Shown: one piece after another, positions 59,171 to 64,000 of the stretch | Layout: every line of letters starts with the position of its first letter | Numbering within the stretch: the first letter of the stretch is position 1 | Source of the DNA: Vampirovibrionaceae bacterium NZW_1234 | GTDB lineage: Bacteria; Cyanobacteriota; Vampirovibrionia; Vampirovibrionales; JAGQHJ01 | Assembly (NCBI GenBank): GCA_041697335.1 | Contig: JBGUGD010000014.1 | Location: 81,802-145,801, forward strand | DNA: 64,000 nt | Reading direction: 5' to 3' | Position numbers and translations under genes: made by a program | Notes under the pieces: model-generated | Told to the model about the DNA's origin: nothing | Databases searched by the model: none | What the model saw: the letters and a program-made list of their open reading frames with translations, nothing else

Positions 59171-59713
59171 ATGCGGCTGTCCTTGACACACCCTTTTGGT
59201 CATTTTCCGGCTTCCCCCGGCAAGAAAAAAACCACGGACGTGGCATTTACGGGTAAGGGAAAACCCACATCTCAAGTACTTCCTGGGGTCTTGGACGACA
59301 TCAAGGCCCTGATCAAACGACGTATTATTGTTCCCTTTTCGGCCCAGCGAACCTACGGTTTTGCCGTGTACCAATGCGAAACGGACCGTGATGGAAGACA
59401 ATGGCCGGGAAAAGAGATAGGTCGGGTTCTGATTGGCGACAAATTAAACGACAAGGATTCCATCACGGTCTCCATGTGGTCATTGGACAAGTTTAAAGGC
59501 GGTATGCCCGCCCCGCGCTACCGCGTTCACTTTGATACCCAAAACCAGATGAAAGAACTGATTGAAGGCGTCCAAGCCAATGTTGAAGCCTACCAGGCCG
59601 AAGATGAAATTCGGGATTTTTTGACGGACATCCTGATTGACAGCCGTCTTCCCCTGGACTCGCCGCACCGAAAACTTATCATTCGGCATGTAAACGAAAA
59701 CCGATACCGATAG
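59171..59713 (+). CDS. Hypothetical protein (180 aa)
   Basis: Low-complexity N-terminus ending VAFTG, then a globular-looking domain. Confidence 0.7.
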   Translation: MRLSLTHPFGHFPASPGKKKTTDVAFTGKGKPTSQVLPGVLDDIKALIKRRIIVPFSAQRTYGFAVYQCETDRDGRQWPGKEIGRVLIGDKLNDKDSITVSMWSLDKFKGGMPAPRYRVHFDTQNQMKELIEGVQANVEAYQAEDEIRDFLTDILIDSRLPLDSPHRKLIIRHVNENRYR

Positions 59714-59741
59714 CCTCAAAAGCCGTCTGAAGCCTTGGTTT

Positions 59742-60557
59742 CTACGACATCCAATACACCTGCTTCAAGAGGGCCAGAGGGGATTTTTCAGGCAGGACCA
59801 GGGCATGACGTTCCACACGCCAAGTGGTGCTTAGCGCATATTGACCGGATTGTTTTGCAGCGGTAACGGCATCGGAAAAATAAATCCACGTGGCTCCGGC
59901 AGGAAACTCCCAGGTATTGTGCATCGGCTGGCTTTTCATCAGTCCCTGGGTTTTCAACATCTCGTTAAACTCCCGCATCCACCGATCATAACTCCCTGAG
60001 CGCAGTGCCTTTTTAGGACGAAGCCAGGAAAAGGGACCTTGGTAGCGAAGATGATACAAGGGGCTCATATGATACTGGAACTGGTTTAAAAGTGACTCAA
60101 AAGTCGTGGATGTCACCCAGCGATGCTCTCGCGTGGGGTGAACGTTGGTCACAACCTGCAGAAGTCTGTCGCCATTCAAGGGCTTTCTTGCGGTTAATTC
60201 AAAGGAGGGAATCTGTGGGTGCCCTAACACCTCCTCATCGCAGAAGCCATGTGAGTCTAACCTGACCGCGTGGTGATAAGGGGGAAACAACTGCTGGAGC
60301 AAGGCCGAAACCGCTTGTGAATGAAGCTGGAAAGAGGCGTCTGCGGTGGGGGATTTAGCCACCAGGCTTTCAAGCTGCTGTTCCGAGATGGTAAACGGAC
60401 TCTGGGGAATCACCAAAACCGCACCCTGCTCAAGGGCCTCACAGCGCTCTTGCGGAGAAATGTCACCAGCCTCGAAGCATTCAACAGCACCCGTATCGGT
60501 ATGGTAGAACTCCAGGGCCAACGTTTGAAGATTGGGGGTTGGGGGCATCACAGCCAT
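59742..60557 (-). CDS. Kdo hydroxylase (KdoO)-like protein, apparently degenerate
   Basis: LEQG.VL..P..PF, G.R.L...TNV.P, RS..YD..M, FPAG.TW..FSD.V....SGQYAL, PEKSPL. Confidence 0.72.
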   Translation of the reverse strand: MAVMPPTPNLQTLALEFYHTDTGAVECFEAGDISPQERCEALEQGAVLVIPQSPFTISEQQLESLVAKSPTADASFQLHSQAVSALLQQLFPPYHHAVRLDSHGFCDEEVLGHPQIPSFELTARKPLNGDRLLQVVTNVHPTREHRWVTSTTFESLLNQFQYHMSPLYHLRYQGPFSWLRPKKALRSGSYDRWMREFNEMLKTQGLMKSQPMHNTWEFPAGATWIYFSDAVTAAKQSGQYALSTTWRVERHALVLPEKSPLALLKQVYWMS

Positions 60558-60672
60558 GGGTTAAAACTCCCGTCGCAGTTCATGTCACAATTTCCTGCAC
60601 AATAGCGCCAAGACACTATTATTTCAAGATTTTCACCCTACTTTCAAAACAATAGTTAATATAAGTTCAACG

Positions 60673-61533
60673 CTAAGAACGCGAGGGCATGGCCTCGGGG
60701 GTTGCAACGGGGAGTTCGGCAAAAATGGCCTGAATCAGCTTGGAAAAGTGGGTTTTGGCCTTTTCTGCGGCCTCCAGCACCTCCTGGTGACTGAGGCGGT
60801 GCCCGGTTTGCACACCGGCGGCAGGATTGGTTACACAAGAAATTCCCAGGACCTGCATCCCCATATGGGAAGCAGCAATCACTTCGGGCACGGTCGACAT
60901 CCCCACGGCATCACCCCCGAGGGTTCGAATCATCCGAATTTCAGCCGGGGTCTCATAGGATGGGCCACTGACAGCCGCATAAACTCCAGACTTCAGAGGA
61001 ATCCCAAGCTGGGCGGCTTTTTCCCGGGCGAGGGCTTTTAAGGCCGGTGTATAGGCTTCACTCATATCCGGGAACCGAGGCCCCAAGGCCTCCAGGTTTT
61101 CACCGGCCAGGGGATTGACCCCCATTAGGTTGATGTGATCGTCAATCAGCATCAGATCCCCGGCAGAAAACTCGGTATTCACCCCACCGGCAGCATTGGT
61201 CACCAAGAGTAGCTGAGCCCCCAGCATTTTGAGAACCCGGATTGGGAAGATGACCTTGGCCATGGGATGCCCTTCGTAATAATGAAAGCGCCCTTTCATA
61301 AACGCCGCATGAACACCTGGCCGAATCTCGCCTAGAAACAATGCACCTGCGTGCCCGGAAACCGTAGCTTTGGGGAAGTGAGGGATATATTGATATTGAA
61401 TTTCAACCGCATTTTGCAACGTGTCGGCCAAATCACCCAGCCCGGAACCCAAGACCGCCACCACCTGAATCGGATGAGCATAACGTGAACGAATGTAGGT
61501 CATGGCATCCTGCAACTCGGTCATCAGCAACAT
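60673..61533 (-). CDS. punA: Purine nucleoside phosphorylase (trimeric PunA/XapA type)
   Basis: VLGSGLG, GHAG, GRFHYYEG, TNAAGG, DHIN, GPSYETPAE, GMSTVPE. Confidence 0.95.
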   Translation of the reverse strand: MLLMTELQDAMTYIRSRYAHPIQVVAVLGSGLGDLADTLQNAVEIQYQYIPHFPKATVSGHAGALFLGEIRPGVHAAFMKGRFHYYEGHPMAKVIFPIRVLKMLGAQLLLVTNAAGGVNTEFSAGDLMLIDDHINLMGVNPLAGENLEALGPRFPDMSEAYTPALKALAREKAAQLGIPLKSGVYAAVSGPSYETPAEIRMIRTLGGDAVGMSTVPEVIAASHMGMQVLGISCVTNPAAGVQTGHRLSHQEVLEAAEKAKTHFSKLIQAIFAELPVATPEAMPSRS

Positions 61534-61773
61534 GGTTTTGTCTCCTCAAGGCCAACACTGTGAGAGCCCCATCCTACCCCAGTCCAGGCGAAATAACCAG
61601 AGACACATCGACACACCTTTTCAAGGCGCTTGAAGCATTTCAATCTCTCATGGTTTGAGTCCGGATAAAGCCCCTCCCTTCCCGACATGGTGCCTTCGAG
61701 ATATGATGGCAGACACAATCATTGAACCGGGAGTGGGGGTCATAAGAGCAGCCCCCAAGGGAGCACCAACCTG

Positions 61774-63099
61774 ATGAGCATCATTGATATTATTGATAAA
61801 AAGCGCCGAGGCGAGGTTCACAGTCGGGAAGAACTGGCTTTCCTAGTGGAAGGCGTTATGAAAGGCACCTTGCCGGACTATCAAATTTCAGCCTGGTTGA
61901 TGGCGGTCTGCTGCCAGGGGCTGACCATGGATGAATCGGCCTGGCTTACGGATCTCTATGTGCAGTCGGGTCAGGTCTTGGATTTCAGCGATATCCCCGG
62001 GACCGTTGTGGACAAGCACAGTACCGGCGGGGTTGGCGATAAAACCACCTTGGTCCTCGCGCCCCTTCTGGCTTCGTGTGGGGTCAATGTGGCTAAGCTT
62101 TCCGGCCGGGGTCTTGGCTTTACCGGGGGGACGGTCGATAAGCTGGAAGCCATCCCCCAGTTTCAGGTGCAATTGCCCATTCAGAATTTCAAATCACAGG
62201 TTCGCCAGATCGGGGTTGCCCTATGCTCCCAGACGTCAGAACTGGCGCCTGCCGATGGAAAAATCTATGCCCTTCGGGATGTGACCGCCACTGTGGCCAG
62301 TATTCCCCTGATTGCCGCCTCTGTTGTCTCCAAAAAAATTGCTGCCGGGGCCAAGGTCATTACCCTGGACATCAAGGTGGGAGAAGGAGCCTTTATGAAG
62401 ACGCTGGATGAGGCCAAGGCCCTGGCCACCACATGTCGTGAAATTGGTCATCGTCTGGGGCGTTCTATTTCCACAGTCATTTCCTGCATGGATCAGCCCT
62501 TGGGTAACGCCATTGGCCATACGGTTGAGGTCATTGAAGCCATTGAAACCTTGAAAGGCCGTGGCCCTAAAGATCTAGCAGAGCTTTGCCTGATCCTGGG
62601 CGGTGTGGCTCTGGTCGATGCCCATCAGGCCCCTTCACTCGATTCAGCCAAAGCACAGCTTCAAGACGCCATTGATTCCGGTGCGGCCCTGGCAAAACTC
62701 AAGGAGCTGATTGCTGCCCAACATGGCGATGTGTCGTGCCTGGAGGACTATCAACGTCTTCCTCAGCCCCGAGAAATTATTCCCGTACATTCTTCCCATA
62801 CGGGCTATATCGCCCATTGTCATGCATTGCGCCTTGCCCAGGCCGCCAAGCACTTGGGCGCAGGTCGACTGACCAAGGACAGCCCCATTGATTTAAGTGT
62901 CGGGGTAGTCCTCCACCGCAAACAAGGCGATTTCGTACACCAAGGCGACGTTCTGGCAGACCTGTGGGTGACCGAACAAGGCATCGAGGATGCCAAGGCC
63001 ATGGTGCTTTCTGCCTTTGATTTTCAACCTGATCCACCCACACAACTCCCCCTGGTGGAAGAAATTCTTTTTGCCAATCAACCCATCGGCTCCCTATAA
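61774..63099 (+). CDS. pdp: Pyrimidine-nucleoside / thymidine phosphorylase
   Basis: DYQISAWLMA, DKHSTGGVGDKT, KLSGRGLG.TGGT.DKLE, YALRDVTATV, LGAGR. Confidence 0.96.
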   Translation: MSIIDIIDKKRRGEVHSREELAFLVEGVMKGTLPDYQISAWLMAVCCQGLTMDESAWLTDLYVQSGQVLDFSDIPGTVVDKHSTGGVGDKTTLVLAPLLASCGVNVAKLSGRGLGFTGGTVDKLEAIPQFQVQLPIQNFKSQVRQIGVALCSQTSELAPADGKIYALRDVTATVASIPLIAASVVSKKIAAGAKVITLDIKVGEGAFMKTLDEAKALATTCREIGHRLGRSISTVISCMDQPLGNAIGHTVEVIEAIETLKGRGPKDLAELCLILGGVALVDAHQAPSLDSAKAQLQDAIDSGAALAKLKELIAAQHGDVSCLEDYQRLPQPREIIPVHSSHTGYIAHCHALRLAQAAKHLGAGRLTKDSPIDLSVGVVLHRKQGDFVHQGDVLADLWVTEQGIEDAKAMVLSAFDFQPDPPTQLPLVEEILFANQPIGSL

Positions 63100-63172
63100 C
63101 CGGACAGAGAACGTTTTTGCAAGAAGAATTGGCGTTGCTGTGATGATCACCCGCTCACGCCTGAAACGGCTA

Positions 63173-63203
63173 GCTCCGTACGCGCAAATTGCGCGTACGG
63201 AGC
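63173..63203. terminator. Long perfect inverted repeat between convergent genes
   Basis: GCTCCGTACGCGCAA-A-TTGCGCGTACGGAGC, 15-bp arms. Confidence 0.6.
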
Positions 63204-63246
63204 CTTATTCAACGAATACTGCATCAACACATTCTAGCCGAACGTG

Positions 63247-63618
63247 TCAACTGGCGTAGGAAAAGTCGGAACCGTCGTCGGAGAAGGTCAACATCTGGCT
63301 ATTTACCTGAAAATAATACTTCTCCGGATCCTCGGACAAGAAATCCTCGATAGTGTTGGGCAGAAGCAACTTTAATTCCACACGCTCACTGCGTGTCAAA
63401 TCCACACCAAAGGCATATACCGGCACCCCGGGCAAAAGTTCGCCCAACAAGTGGGTATTCAGTAATGACAATGCCGATTGGGGAATAAACTGAGCAATAT
63501 AACCCTCTTTACGAGCATGGGGCATAAGTACAACAGCATGCGAGCCATCAGGATCGGCACATGCCATTAATCGACGCAGCACCATTTGAGATGCGTCGGA
63601 CAAGGAGACCTCAACCAT
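63247..63618 (-). CDS. Hypothetical protein (123 aa)
   Basis: ATG with upstream AAGGA; acidic C-terminus; no recognised domain. Confidence 0.65.
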   Translation of the reverse strand: MVEVSLSDASQMVLRRLMACADPDGSHAVVLMPHARKEGYIAQFIPQSALSLLNTHLLGELLPGVPVYAFGVDLTRSERVELKLLLPNTIEDFLSEDPEKYYFQVNSQMLTFSDDGSDFSYAS

Positions 63619-64000
63619 ACGACAAATCCTTTGTTAAACTGCTTATAACAGGTATAACCAGCAATCACTCTTGCAAGAAAAAGGTTTACTCAAGGGGTTT
63701 TACTCAGTGGGAACAAAACAGTGAGAGAAAACAGGGACTCCTAGCAGTAGAGACAGTGGTAAATTAAGTAGAGGTGGTAGTTTCAAGGTTATCAATTAAT
63801 TTTATTTTATATCTCCAACTTGGCTAGGCCATTACCTACCTGGGTGATTCGTGTGACCCCTACACAGGAACCCTCCTGCCTCGTTCCTCTTTTGCTGTCC
63901 ATTCAGGCACGTTTCACCTTGCTGAAATGGAAACACCCCTTTCGTCAACATTAAAAATTCGGACTTCCTTAAAACCCTTCTTTCATAAACTTAAAGCAGA

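Noticed and set aside
63620..64000. Short hairpins near the window end
   Set aside because: The stems are short and the context is truncated by the window edge, which is insufficient to call an RNA.

Overview
A 64-kb chromosomal window with no rRNA, tRNA, CRISPR array, transposase or prophage that I can support. It combines cyanobacterial-type housekeeping genes (priA, argF, ruvX/yqgF, a TIGR03279-type radical SAM/PDZ gene, an ABC1 kinase with a small coiled-coil partner, rqcH, rplI, gatA) with a diderm flagellar cluster (slt-flgFGAHIJ-orf-flgNKL). It also carries a methylcitrate operon (prpDBC), nucleoside salvage genes (punA/pdp), a SWIM-SNF2 ATPase and a BCCT transporter. By inference, this mix points to a non-photosynthetic, flagellated Cyanobacteriota lineage (Vampirovibrionia/Melainabacteria). 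The unexplained signals are: (i) six to seven unrelated orphan proteins sharing a Ser/Pro/Thr/Gln-rich N-terminus ending in an [R/V/A]-F-[G/S/T/A] motif, a candidate export signal; (ii) a tandem pair of mutually similar structured elements with a covarying stem after gatA, candidate ncRNAs; (iii) a helically phased 41-42-bp array upstream of a Gly-rich adhesin-like gene ending in VRGYW; (iv) recurrent (GA)n leaders before start codons; (v) a 141-bp MITE-like element; (vi) two enzyme homologs missing catalytic or metal-binding residues. All family assignments are from motif recognition by eye, not database searches.
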